A stretch of DNA of 61,421 bases, the filler included, from Streblomastix strix (lineage: Eukaryota): assembly GCA_008636045.1 (NCBI GenBank). It is 4 parts of 4 records of this genome, joined end to end, with 100 filler letters (N's around TTAATTAATTAA, not from the genome) between each part and the next. Parts side by side here need not be neighbours in the genome. Positions count along the whole stretch, not along the records: positions 30,777 to 46,056 come from SNRW01001009.1; positions 46,157 to 61,421 come from SNRW01001010.1; 2 more parts are not named here. One strand, 5' to 3'. Shown piece by piece: positions 33,774 through 47,287 of this stretch. The translations under genes and the position numbers were made by a program. A model generated the notes under the pieces. That model was not told the origin of the DNA, did no database searches, and worked only from the letters and a program-made list of their open reading frames with translations. Numbering within the stretch: the first letter of the stretch is position 1; every line of letters starts with the position of its first letter.

Positions 33774-34633
33774 TTGATTTCTGAAAAATGATATAATGAA
33801 AGAAAAAAGAGATTTTTTTTAAAAAAAAATTATGATATATTATTTTGCCTAGATTTTAGTTAAAATTAAATGAGAAAAATTAATAGAATAAAAAATAATG
33901 ATGATTAATTATAATTTAGTTTTGATTTAGAGCAGAGAAATATAAATTAAATTTCAAAACAATTATTACATCAATAAGAAAATAATATTTATAAAAATTA
34001 GAATAAAAAATTAAATGACGCATTATAAAATTAGAAATTGTATTTATTTATAAAATATATTTACTATCTACCGAAAATTTTTTTTTATAAATAAATGAAT
34101 TAATTAGACATTTATATTGATTCCCCATCTTGAATTTATAATTAAATTATTTTTTTTAAAAAAATAAAGTATCTCCGAAAAAAATTTATTTTATCGTTCA
34201 TATAATCTAATTCCAAAAAAAAAATACACAAAATTCATAACGTATTAAATTTATTTTATTGCTGAAACCAGAATTTGTTATTTAAAAATAGATGTTCTAT
34301 GCATTCTTAATTTCTAAGTTAAATTATAAGTAAATATACAACCCAAAAAAATTATTATTAATAAATCTAACTTTTTGAACTTTAATTTCACTTATAATTT
34401 GGTAATTTTTATATTATAATTAATATAAAGTTTATACATGGTAGTTTATAACTACTCCATTCCGATTTACGAATTCAACGAGCCAGTTTATCACTAAATC
34501 GAACTCAATTTTATATATTAATTTTCTTTATAATTCATTCAATTATATTTCTCAGATTGTAATTTATAAAATATTCACTATGTTATATAAATTATATTAA
34601 TTCTATTTAAAACACTTTTTTATTTAGATTTCA

Positions 34634-36603
34634 ATGAGTTAAACATTTGCAAACGCTCCAATTCAGTTATATATTGGAAATTTGAATTGCAATACATCAG
34701 AGAATGATTTGAGGGATCATTTTGAGTTAGTTGGATCTGTTGTATCAATTAATATACCAGTAGATGTTGATAAAAGAAGAGGATTTGGATTTGTAACAGT
34801 ATAAAACGTTGATGTAGCATAAAGAGCGATTAGTTAATTGAATGGATCATAGTTACAAGGTTGTAATATTCGTGTTTAGATATCTAATAAACAGAAAATT
34901 CAATGCACTTCCGATGGTTTATTATTTTATCAATACAAATATATATATTTACTTTTATAATATTAAATAATTAATAATTTGAAACGATTATTTTATTAAT
35001 TTTAATCTTAATTTAATTAATGTATTATATTAAAATTTCAGATTGCTCGGAGTATACAACCAAGCAAATAGAGATAATTGAATAAATATAAATTATAATA
35101 GAATCTGAATTAATTACTGAAAAAGAGAAAGAAAGAAAGATAAAAGATATTTTTGAATAATTGAAAAAGAAAAATTTGAATTAAAATGAATTATATTTTA
35201 CATTTCGAGGATATGATTTCATTTTCCTTCTATAACAGATTAATGACTGTAATAATATAAATAAAAGGATGTATTTGGATGAAATTGAATATATATCTGA
35301 AATTGGAGTTACAGAATTCGGATAAAACATTTTCTTCAACATTTTTTAATATTCTGGTCTGTTGAATAAAGTTTAATAACTTATCTAATAGAAAGTTGGG
35401 AGGAAAAAGAAAAGCAAAAAAATATAATAATTTTCAATTGTCATTGAATAACTGGTTAGAATTTTCTTAATGATAATGATGTACAAAAAAATTGATTTAA
35501 AAATGATTGATATTTGTGTCAAAGTTTTAGATAAGAACTTTACTTATGTGTTGAAAAAACTTAAAAATATAGGAAAAACAATTGAAAAAATTAAAATTAA
35601 AATAAAGAATGAATTATTAGGGAAAAAATTAATAAGAATCGCTTCAGTAATTCAAATTGCTGCATAATTTAAAGATGAATAGAATCTTGATTGGTCATAA
35701 ATCACAAAAATTCCAGATTGGATAAATTAATTTATGATATAAAGAGTTTCACCTTTAATGCACATAAATTGTCCAATAGAAATTCATTGTCCACTTTGTA
35801 TCAAAATTCCAAACTCTTTTGAAGTTCAATAATTACAAAAGGCTGTTTACAACTCCTTTGATTACATTTCTTATAACAATTCAAACTTCAAAGATTATCT
35901 TGTAAATTCGAATAATATTCTTTTACATCTTGCATTTTCAATTGTGTAATTCACAGATTCATCCCATCTAAATAATTAAACATATTAAAATGAATAATGT
36001 TCATCATCATTATATTCTCCATAATTCATTTCTTCATCTATTAATTTATTAAACAGTTTCATCAAATCTAAATTTTTTTTTTCAATTATTATAATTCGAA
36101 ATCTTCTCTCTTCTTTAATTTCACTTATGAATTACAAACTTCATGAGCAAATGAATTTAAATGAATAAAAATAATCACTTTAAATAAGAAAACAAAGTCG
36201 TTAGTGTTTAAGCTCAATATATGCATATGAAGATAAATCGCATTTAATTCTGCTTTCATCCTACGGTTATGCAAAAGAATTGGCAATCGCAATATGCACA
36301 TCTGTTGGATTTGGAGAAGAAAGTGATGAAGGGATTGCAGGTCCATTACTTAATATCAGAGATTTCTTCAATATTCTTCACAAAAGAAAATATTATTTCC
36401 TTTAAGTACCACCACACCCCGAACTTATCTTACAATCCGCTGAACAATTTGAAGAGGTAGGTTGCATAGAAGAAATCGAAGCTCATTTATTTACTTAAAT
36501 AATATACGGTAGTTACAGCACTTAAGCAAAGAGTGCTAAAGATGTATTGTTCAATTTCTTCAAGGATCAGAGTAAATCAACATCTTTTATGTAGCATAGA
36601 TGA
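34634..36603 (+). CDS. RRM + helical-module protein (~614 aa), paralogue of 4050-9413
   Basis: LYIGNL and RGFGFVTV RNP motifs; intron 34917-35041; SPLMHINCPIEIHCP and EQFEEVGCIEEIE match the module in the first gene. Confidence 0.85.
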
Positions 36604-36857
36604 GTTTTTTGCTCTTACGAAATTTAAGCAACAGTATTATTTTAATTTTTGTGTTTACTATTAAAGAGATTTGAATTTTAAATTCTATTGTTTGTATATA
36701 TAAATATCAAATAAATAAAATTTCTGAGTAAAAATAAAATTAGAAATTGTATTTATTAGTATTAAACGTTTCCTGCCTACCGATAATATTGGATTGTAAG
36801 TGATTGAATTGTTAAGACTTTTAAATTAATTTTTTTATTAAATTTTTAATTAAATTA

Positions 36858-37843
36858 TAGTGTTGGCTTAAAACGCTGTAAATTAATCTGCTGCGCGCAT
36901 CTCAGCGCATTAAAAAAATCTTAAAACTCCTTAAATTCATGAAATTAAATTTTTAATATCATTTTTGTGTTGATTGGTATTAATTATCATGAATTAAAAT
37001 GTTTATTTAAAGAAATGTATTTTTCTGAAGAATTAAATTGAATATTGATTAAAATCAAAGCTTTGCTTATATAGAATTCATTAAAAATTATTTTTTGCAA
37101 TTTTCATTTAATTCTCAGCGACTGTCAATAATTAATATAAATAATTTCAGTAATTGTGCTATGATAGTTATATCTAATTAAACAAAACATAAATTTATAT
37201 TTGATACATTTTGTCCAAGAAAAGATAGCACAAATGCACCTTTTTTAAAAAATTACATTTTGTATCAGTTTTTATTCAATATCCAAAGGATTATAATATA
37301 TCAAACTTCTATAATTATCTTTAGTATACGCAAAATTTTTAAATATTTACATATATAAAAATAAATACTCACTCTATGTCAACAAAATCTAAAAAGCGCT
37401 TAAAAGTGCTGAAAAAAAACGCTTAAAAATGCTGCAAAAAGCGCTGTAAAGCGCGGTGCATTAAATTCTCGATGAAAATTAAATATTTTTTAAATTTGGT
37501 ATCGATTTATCAATTAATAAGATAATATCTATTATTTATATCAATAATGACACTAAATACATTTTTAGGAGCAGAGTAAATTGAGCCCGAAAAATCAACT
37601 TTATTTTAAAACATGAACAATTCAGACTAATAATGAATAATAACGACGCTGTTTAAGAATTAAATTTATAATTTGTCTAATTGATAAATATTATTAACTC
37701 AATTAATAAAATAATTGTTTATTGACAGAAAAAAATTTCACCTTATTTTTATTTAATTATTGATTGGACAATTTTAATTGGAGCGCTTTTAATTTTGCGC
37801 AGCGCGCGTTTAGCCCTATTAAATGCGCTTTTGTCCAACACTA
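36858..37843. mobile_element. Non-autonomous TIR DNA transposon (986 bp) with a 9-bp TSD
   Basis: TAGTGTTGG...CCAACACTA ends flanked by ATTAAATTA on both sides (36849-36857, 37844-37852); internal AAAGCGCT-like repeats at ~37390-37455. Confidence 0.85.
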
Positions 37844-38258
37844 ATTAAATTATCATTTTTGAATAAAACCAAGCTGATAAAATTAATTTCCCTTTCAATT
37901 GTCTCTAAAATAAAAAAATTTTTGTAAAAATATAAAAACTTGATTTCACAGCGCATTAAAGTAGTTACGATTTAAAATAATAAATATATATTTATTTAGT
38001 ATTAATAGAAGTGATTTATCTAAATATTAAATAATAATTATCACTTATTCATCAAAACTTAAAAAAACGCAATTACTGTTCCAATCATATTATCAACAAT
38101 TAATTCAATTATATTTCTTTAATAATATTCAAATTTATATTATATTTAAATATAAAATTATTCACCGTTTATTTTAGAACTTTTTAACCAATAAAATTAT
38201 AAATAAATTTAATTTTTTACATTATTTGTCTTTATTTAAATATTTTAGCTTAATATTC

Positions 38259-39246
38259 ATGATATTCTCAACGCTTGCAGACGGGTCTAAAATTCCGGTG
38301 ATTGGTTATGGCACTGCTTATGTTGAAAAGAGCAAAGTCAAAGAGTATATTTTAGTAATTTCCAAATTTCATTTTTGTTTACCTATTTAAACCAGGGTAT
38401 TATTACATGCTATAAAAGTTGGATATAGGCACTTTGATTGTGCATTTATTTATGCGAATTAAGTTGAAGTTGGGGAAGGTATTTAATTATTAATTTTATA
38501 CTAAATTTGAACTCTTTTATTTTTGTTCTTACTTAGCACTCAAAGAGGTATTTGCGTCTGGTTCTGTGAAGCGTGAGGATATCTGGGTCACATCCAAGCT
38601 ATGGATCACAGACTTTGCACCCGACCAAGTTGAAAAAGCATGTCGACTGTCTCTTGCATAACTTCAACTCGAATATGTTGATGAATATTTGGTTCACTGG
38701 CCTGCGTCATAAGTTGGAAAGCATGTTTCTATTACTGAGACGTGGAAAGCGATGGAGAAACTGAAGCAAAAAGGACTTGTGAAACATATTGGCGTGTCAA
38801 ACTTCAACGTCCAACTTCTGAACGAGATATACAACAGTGCGCAAATTTACAAGCCTGAAATAAACTAAATCGAGACGCACCCGTATTTGCAGCAGACTCG
38901 GTTAGTTGAGTTCTGCAGATAGTTGGGTGTCCACGTGACTGCATATTGCCCAGTTGTGCGGATGGGAAACGGATTAACTGTTGATCCTTTGAAAGATCCA
39001 ATATTATAGAAGATCGCATCAAAACATGGTAAGACAATTGCGCAAGTCATACTCAGGTGGAACTTCTAAAGATCACCAAATGTATCTGTTGTTCCAAGGA
39101 CGTCTACACTTGATAGGATCACTGAAAACTTTGGATCTCAATCTTTCTAACTCGATGATGCTGATATGGGCGAGATCAAGAAATTGGAATGCAACTTCAG
39201 AATAAATGACGGGCTGGAAATTATTGGGACTCCGGTGTTCGATTGA
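38259..39246 (+). CDS. Aldo-keto reductase (~292 aa)
   Basis: [45 protein letters not shown]; introns 38345-38395 and 38479-38536. Confidence 0.95.
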
Positions 39247-39904
39247 ATTAGCTGATTTACATTTTACCTTAACACACAAGTGTTTAATTCATTCTATGAA
39301 AATAGAATTTAATAAAATTAATACTAATACTAATAATAATATTATTATTTAATATTTTTATTGACAAAATTATTATTCTATGGTATTGTTAAATGAAAAA
39401 ATAAATGAATTAGATAAAAATTTAATTAAAAATAGAAGTTGTTTTTATAAATTACTGTAATTATATTCTAAAATTAGTGAAATATATTTAATGATGGTAA
39501 ACAAAGATTTGTATTGTCGTATTGCCTGGTAATATCGACTAGAAATTTAAAACCATGTGTGAATCACATAGTAACTATTTGAAATTAAATATTTCATGGG
39601 CGTGAGATATACTTTTAAATTTAAGAGAAATGTTTACTAATAATCATATCCTAAACGCAATAAATTATTGGTCGATTTGCACGCGATATAAATTACTAAT
39701 TTTTGAATTTATCTCAAATATGTCTTTATTTTTATTTTCTCCTAATTTTTATTATTTTATCATCACTTGCTCCAATCATAATTAATGCAAATACATTTTT
39801 TTAAAAAAAATCTAATTTATCGCAATAATTGCACATCATTTATGATTAAAATTTATAATTTTCTAATTTATTTTAATATTTAATTTATTTATAGAAAGAC
39901 ATCC

Positions 39905-42018
39905 ATGATTTATTTGATTATTTTAGCTGCAGTGTTCTAGGAAAGTTTTTGTTTGGAATAAACTGATGCAAATTTCATAATCTTGCACACAAATGACAGT
40001 ATTAATACATTTTCTTAATTTATGAAATTTATTATTAATATTTTATTGTACAATAAGTTCATGGTTGGATAAATGGTCACAGACATATTCCAGTACTTGA
40101 TGCTGATATTGCAGATTACTATAATTTTGTTTAACATGCAAAAGAACTTCTAACAAATCACACTGTTCTTGCTTTTGATTCGGGAGATTAAACACAGGTG
40201 TGCCTTATTTGAATATTTTTTATCTATTTTAAATGCAATTATTAATTAAACGAATATTTTTAGGGTACTGGATTAAGTGATTATACAAAAACTTCTGGTG
40301 AATTTATTTTTGAAATGCTTGAGAAAGTTCCAATAGATGGATTTACAATCGGGAATCATGAAATGTACAACAATTCTTGCATTGACAATATTGCTGATAA
40401 AGTTTAATATGCAATGAAAGGTAGATATATAACATCGAATTCTCATCATATCGACCCAAATAAAAAACTTGGAGAAAAGTACAGAATTATAAAAGTGAAT
40501 AACTTTGGATCAATTCTTGTATTTGGATTTATTTATTCGATGACTGTCTTTAATGATCATGCTAATGTAACTTCTGTTCCAGATGCCATTAAAGAAGAAT
40601 GGCTTAAAGATATATTGATTAATAACTAATAATTAATTGATGATGAATATCCTTTGAAACTTATCATTCTGCTTATTCATAATGATCCTGTTGATTCAGA
40701 AACTGATTTGATTGTAAATAAGATCAGAGAATATCGTCCAGATCTTCCCATTCTGGTATTAGGAGGTCATTCACATTATGAGAAGATTGTAATGAAATAG
40801 GATATGAATTAAAGCCATTAAAATGTGGAAGACGTTAGAATTGAAAGTTTTTGCTATTTTTAAGAGTTTGGTCTGCTTTAATTCAGTGTCTCTATAGAAA
40901 AAGAATCAATTTTGAAGAATAATACTAAAATTGACTAGATGAAATAAAATATACTGAAATCACCTTATAAAATATTTAATCCACAGAAGAATATGAATTC
41001 AGATTCAAATTATATTATCAATTCCATGTAAATTGATTTCATTCATACGCAAGTGCAATATATGCAACAAATACTTAAATAGTTATCGAAACAAGATCAA
41101 CCAACAAATGTGACAGATAAAATAGTTTGGGATTATCCTGATGCTACAAATATAAGAAATTAGATATAGAACAAAGTTAAAGAATTAAAATTAGATGAAA
41201 TAATAGGATGTTCTGATAAAACATATGGATTTGATAGCACCGATAAAATTAATCTATATGATCTTCTAGTAAACAAAATCTATCCGAAAGTGAAACCATT
41301 TGGAAGAGAAAAAGAAAATTCATCTTATTCCAACCCATCCAATGGAAAGAATGTCAGTACAGCATACATCTACAACCCCTAATCATTAAGAGCACCTCTA
41401 TATTAAGGAAATGTAACTTTGGATGATTTTGTGAAAGTAGATCCAAGTTTCAACACTTTCTGCGCCTTTCGTGGAGTTACAGGTCAAGATATGAGATAGT
41501 TGATGAGCACATTATTCGATCCTGCTTTTAAGAATATGAATTATGAAGTATCATTTGGTGATTATTATAAAGTTACTGATGATGCTTAATAACTTTTCAG
41601 TAATAAAGATATGGATGAATAATATGAATATGATATTATAACAGAATCATATGATTGTCCTCCAATCAGTTACATATTCCAAAGTATAAATTCATCATAA
41701 GAAAACTTATAAACAGAAATAAAATATCCAATTCACAATTCAAATGTTGTCTAAAGTCAAGTGCTATATGAATATATTCTCAGTAATATGAAATGCAGTA
41801 ATAATTAAAAACCAATTATATTTTGGATAATAATTTCAGTATCTATTCTCCTTGTAACTTGCGTTATTCTTATTATCATACTAATAATATTCATCTTAAA
41901 TCTCAGATAAAAATCCACAACAATTGATTAACTTTCATCTGAAACAAGATTACTGGGTGGCATTACATATAGTAGCAGTTGGGCAAACCGTGCAAAAGAA
42001 TCAAGTTAATAATAATGA
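39905..42018 (+). CDS. 5'-nucleotidase-like metallophosphoesterase with signal peptide and C-terminal TM helix (~662 aa)
   Basis: HTNDIHGW, DSGDQTQGTGLSD, IGNHE, LGGHSH; introns 39999-40057 and 40198-40263. Confidence 0.88.
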
Positions 42019-43335
42019 AAAGAAAAAAGAATATAAAACAATTATCAATGTTACTTTTAACAAATGTTAAGCCAATTAAACAATTATAATCATTTCATTT
42101 AGAAAGTAATAAAATTGATCTTATTCACTTTTTAATAAAATAAACAGTAACAGTAATAATTTTACTAATATATCTATTTATAATTTTTGTAAAATTTTAT
42201 AAGCTATCGTAGTAATTTTTATTAAAACTCACCGAATGAATGGAGAAAACTAGTATTTAATCAAAAATAAACACTCAAAATTATGTTATTCATATCCATC
42301 TAACAGCATTTTTTTTAAGAAATTTTCTTTAATGTCAATTTTTTTAATCCAACAGCACTTTCGTTCAATTTGACATTTTGAAAAAACTATTATTTTTAAA
42401 AATAATATTGATTAATTTTAGTTTGACGTTTTTTTATCGTATCAATTTCAGCGAATAAAATTTGATTTATTTTTATCAAAAATTAATTATAATAAACTTT
42501 ATAAATAAAAATTTATTATCATCTTCATTTTCTTATTTCCCAAGATTAACTTATTCAATAAAAATTTTTAAGTATGTTAAGGCATGTCTGGCTCTGGTGT
42601 CCTGGCCAGACATTTTTTAGAGTTTGGACATCCAATGTCCGAAAATAAAAAAAAATTTTTTTTTATTGACGATATTGATGATGATTATTATTATAAATAT
42701 ATTAGTATATATTTAAATATACATATTTAATATTCAATATATATTAAATGTTTCAAACTGAAAAGATAATTTTTTTGGTAATTTTTAATGGGCGGATCGG
42801 ATCGGCCAAACTTTGTCCGATCTGGCTTGGCCGATCTGGCTTGGCCGATCCGGATCAGAATTTGAAATTTTTTTCTTCTATTATAATACTTACATTTATA
42901 TTTTATATGATTTGTATGATAAACGCAAATCAATTAATAAGTTCTTACCAAGAAAAACAGTATTGAAACAATTTTTTGAAAAAACTCACATTTTATGTTC
43001 CAATAAACTAAGAAACATATTGATTAATTTTACAAGCTCATACTTATATTATTGAAATTAAACTCAGACCAAATATCAAAATTCTAATTCCCAACATATT
43101 TTATTAAATGTATGATAAATTATCGAATTTTTAAATGAAATTTAATCTAAAATAATAAACAAAAATCAATAAAATTAATACGTAACACCAAAACTAAACA
43201 GAATATATTCTAAATATTTTGCAGAAACTTATCCATCTTGAAAATTATTTATTATCGATTAATTTTGAATTGATATTATTCTATTTTAAATGTTTCTTCA
43301 ATAAATAAGATGGTTCCAGATTTTATCGAGAATTA

Positions 43336-43702
43336 TCATTATGGATTAATTTGAATAATGGAATTATCAGAAATTGAACTGCATATAACTGCATCAATAT
43401 ATCTTTGACTTAATATACCTGCTAAATTCACATTAACAATGGAATTCAATTAATATTCATTTATGATCATAACCTTCTTTGCAGATGTACTTCCATTTTA
43501 TTGAATTGCATAATATATTGTTAAACAAAGATAATCAAAATGTCCACATCCAATATTATCATTTCCTTAATCTACACCAGATATATATTTTACATTATAC
43601 ACACTTTCTCCGACTGCTGTACATACGTAATACAATGGAATAGATAATATATTATCGCCATTATATCCTATCAGATTATAGAAATCTGGTTCTGGATTTA
43701 AT
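43336..43702 (-). pseudogene. Fragment of a surface-protein gene abutting the DIRS terminus
   Basis: IPLYYV...GNDNIGCGHFDYLCLTIYYAIQ resembles the GC...PCQTIEYAI block of 25495-29102; frameshifted. Confidence 0.55.
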
Positions 43703-44263
43703 GCTCTTGTAGCAATCTACTGAAATCTAGAGCGAGTTTTTATTAATGAGACTGTCAACGCTAGTGATAAAGGGGCCCAATCAACTAGCCCAAATGATTC
43801 GCGAAGTGATTAAATATATATAAGTTCGTAAACATTAAACTAATATTAATAAAATTAATCTAATTAAAGGAAATAACAAAATTGTTCTCCGAAAATTTTC
43901 TCTCTTCTTCCTTTATATGACTGGCTTACAGACACGCTCTAGATCATTCTAATAAATGGATCATTGAGGATTAACAATAAAAAATAACGTGAGTTAAAAT
44001 ATAACAAACATAATAACATATTAAAAAATATAAACAAAGGAAATTAAACAATAACAAAAACTGATAAAATACGCAAATAAAATATCTGATGTGCATTGGC
44101 CGCTTAAACATGCAGCTTAAAACGAGGGCGGGTGTTAAGAATGGAACATGCCTCTCTGTTGAACTATATGGATATTCATTCTTAAGGGAGGGAACATAAA
44201 AACTCGCTCTAGATTTCAGTGGATTGCTACAATAGCCACTACGTATACTCCGTGACTATTTAC

Positions 44264-45290
44264 TCAATCCACATCCATCTAGAGCTCCTTTTTATTAATG
44301 AGACTGTGTCTTTTGAAGGTTGCTAATCTTTCTCTTATTCCATCATTAAGGGTCTTATCATAAAACTTTGCCACTGTATTCGGCCCATTCTTATGTCTTG
44401 TCATACGATTAATCTATTACTTTGTAGCTCCAATCTTAACTTGTTTAGTTACCGATGAAGCTCTTATTGAGGTCACCGAATATGTCATCTCTATTCCCGC
44501 AAGTTTCATTATCTCATGCACTGCTTTTGAGCCATATTCAACCGAAGCCACTCTCTTTGTCTTGTTGAGATACCAAAGATTCTCCGATTATGTCCTCTTT
44601 TAATTGCCATTAATCCACGCAGCTAACCAAAAAGATGGTGAAGTGTTCTTATACTTACTCTTGCGAAATGTCACTACCACGCCATCATCGCCGCCTTTCC
44701 AAGTCGCAGTTGATAACTACCATACTCCATTATCGCCTTTTATAGCTTCAGATCTCATTACCTCTGCTAATCTAAGCACTGAGAATATCATTATTGAAAC
44801 AATAGTACATCCCATCATAGTTTTCTCTGATATTTATCCAATGTTTCTTGCTTACTCGTCAAGTACCTATAATAAATCATCCAAATTGTAGATTGATTCT
44901 TCCTTTTGTGTCTTTCTTAACGCTGCTCTATATTTCTTCATAACTAGCTATAGTATTTTCCCTTAAATCTATTAATCTGTATGTCCAGACACCTTAAATA
45001 GTAATGATAAAGCAGCTACACTTTCAACGATATTGTTTGCTGACGCTTTATTCTACTTCAAATGCATGACATAATTGATTACCTCTGCTTCAGGATCCTT
45101 ATGTGATATCAAATCTTGCAATGAACCACTTCTTCCTTTCCAGTAATCAATGAACTATCCGATCCTCTATCTGTGCCTCCTCCAGGCTGTGTGCCAACCT
45201 TAGACAGAACTGTTGATGGCATCATCACTTAACCCTCTTAATCGAGCTAGTTCGAAGAATGTTTCTTCTCCTTTTTCCCCTTGAACTTTG
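44264..45290 (-). CDS. Tyrosine recombinase, apparently intact
   Basis: SVLRLAEV, TWKG, VTSIRASS, RMTRH, KFYDK; ends at TGA 44264. Start approximate because it overlaps the upstream ORF. Confidence 0.85.
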
Positions 45291-46056
45291 CTACCAACAA
45301 ATCTCCTGGTGGGAGATGCCGTCTCTGCTTTCTCATGCGACCGCCTGGGACTAGCACGTCTGCACATTTTCCCACAAGAACTTGGTTAACTCGAACACTC
45401 TGGAACGCGGGCCACCAATGCTGTGCCTCCCAATTAGGAAGTATGATTACACCTTCTGCTTAATCCTTCATTATTTTATTCAGTACTCTTTAAATCAACA
45501 TTATTGGTGGATGTAACAACAGAGTTTCTTTCTTCCAATTAAGCTTGAACCCGTCCTACTTTAACGCCCAACAATCTTCCATCAAACTACAAAACCTTTT
45601 ACACTTTCTGTTTCGTCGGTTTGCAAACACATCCACAGTTGGCCTTACATCCGGACACCTCAGAGCTTCTTCTAAAATCTCTTATCTTATCTCGTAATCC
45701 CCACTCGCGGACAATCGTGACAACGCGTCTGCAACTTGGTTACTCTTGCCAGGAATGTGAAACACCGATATCTATATTTGCATTAATTCTACCTTCTCCA
45801 ATATCATGTTTATAAGTGAAGCTAACGCTGGAGCTGCCGCACCCCGATTCAGATTAAGCACTGCGCTCGAATTATCCGATTATATTCTAAGGCTACTGAT
45901 TTTGTAACTGATGAGTTCCTTCTCCATCCTACATAACGCAAGATATATTGCTGCTGTCTCCCTTTAGTTGGACGAGGCCAGTCTCCACCGAGGACTCCAA
46001 GGTTCTGACAGTTTAATCTCTTTTCCTGTGTTTATTATTTCTAAGGTGGCGCCCCA
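45109..46056 (-). CDS. RNase H + adenine-methyltransferase-like C-terminal part of the DIRS pol ORF
   Basis: WGAT, SSNQRETAAI, SDNSSAV, HIPGKSNQVADALSR, VDVFANRRN, LLLHPP, LPNWEAQHWWP. Confidence 0.88.
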
Positions 46057-46156
46057 NNNNNNNNNNNNNNNNNNNNNNNNNNNNNNNNNNNNNNNNNNNN
46101 TTAATTAATTAANNNNNNNNNNNNNNNNNNNNNNNNNNNNNNNNNNNNNNNNNNNN
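46057..46156. other. Artificial contig spacer
   Basis: 44N-TTAATTAATTAA-44N. Confidence 0.97.
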
Positions 46157-46520
46157 GTGAAATACATCGATTTGGGATATTCGCAGCCTAAGTCGGAACT
46201 TACTCCTGAAAGTTTACTTGCTGATACTCCAATTTAATGTCCATTTATTGGTAATTTTTAGTAATATCATTAAATGCTTATAATAGCAGTTTCAAATTAA
46301 TTATAAGGAAATGCACTGCAAGGAATAGGTGGTTAATGATTCTCCAACGTATGTTATAAGTAAAATCTTATTGGTGCACCTGTATTATGGGGTTAGAATA
46401 TGTTATCTCAGTAATGTAATATAGGATAAAATAAATCAGTTATATTTACGTTGTATGATAATTATGGAAGAAAAATACCAAATCAGTTCCTTGATATGTA
46501 TAATAATTTATTGTTGGAAA
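46157..46520 (+). pseudogene. C-terminus of a putative minor capsid (penton) protein
   Basis: SVIFTLYDNYGRKIPNQFLDMQIIY resembles the 'L.D..GR.I' C-terminal motif of Polinton-type minor capsid proteins; one internal TGA. Confidence 0.45.
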
Positions 46521-46571
46521 TACAAACTCAATGACTGCGTATCTCGTCACCAAACTTCGTTTGGTGAAAAA

Positions 46572-47246
46572 TCAAATTAAATCACAATCTCTGAATTAAA
46601 TTTCCTAAGCTTATTCTTATTCTTATTCTTATTCTTAAATTAGTTCAGGTTACTGTTGTGATTGATCTTATTTTTCTTAATATTTCTTTGATACATAAGA
46701 TGTGATTTTTGCTTTATATTTTTCGACTTACTTTACTGAATCTTGATGTTATTGCTTAATAAATTTGTTTTCAGTTCGTAATCTTATTAATTCCTCTAAA
46801 TCTACTTATGGTGAGGTATAATTTATCTATGGTTACTTCTTTATAATTTTCATCGGTTTTGATTTAGATGTTTGTCTTGGTTATTCCACAATAATTTAAT
46901 CTTCTAACTCATCATCGCTATTTATTGGAAAATCGTAAGAGTACGCCGGAACAGCTTAATCGCTTCGCGAGTATTTACGTTCATTTCCTGAAGCTTCTTC
47001 TTCTGATTGTTCACTATTTTGTTCAACATGTCTTTTTAATGTTCGTTTTGATTGTTTAGTTTAGCCTCCACCTCTTGCTTCTAATAATAATTTAGTTTAT
47101 TATGCTTGAATCAGAGTTCTTGCTGCTTTCTTTCCTTCTTCATACACTTTTATCTTATCTTTAACTTACATAATATATCCATTACTGAAATATTCGATTG
47201 AAGTTCCGTTTTCCATGAGGTTCTTTAATGCTTATGCTTGATTCAT
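46572..47246 (-). CDS. Hypothetical charged viral protein (224 aa)
   Basis: ATG to TGA open in the TAR=Gln code; E/Q/K-rich. Confidence 0.6.
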
Positions 47247-47287
47247 TTTATAAGATACTTATTGATTTTATTTAAACACAAAATTAT

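Larger units (their letters stand above)
43703..46056 (-). mobile_element. Second DIRS-type retrotransposon (3' half; cut by the contig end)
   Basis: RNaseH-MTase and YR ORFs. Terminus 43703-43755 has an inverted copy at 44196-44236 and a direct copy at 44265-44307. Confidence 0.9.
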
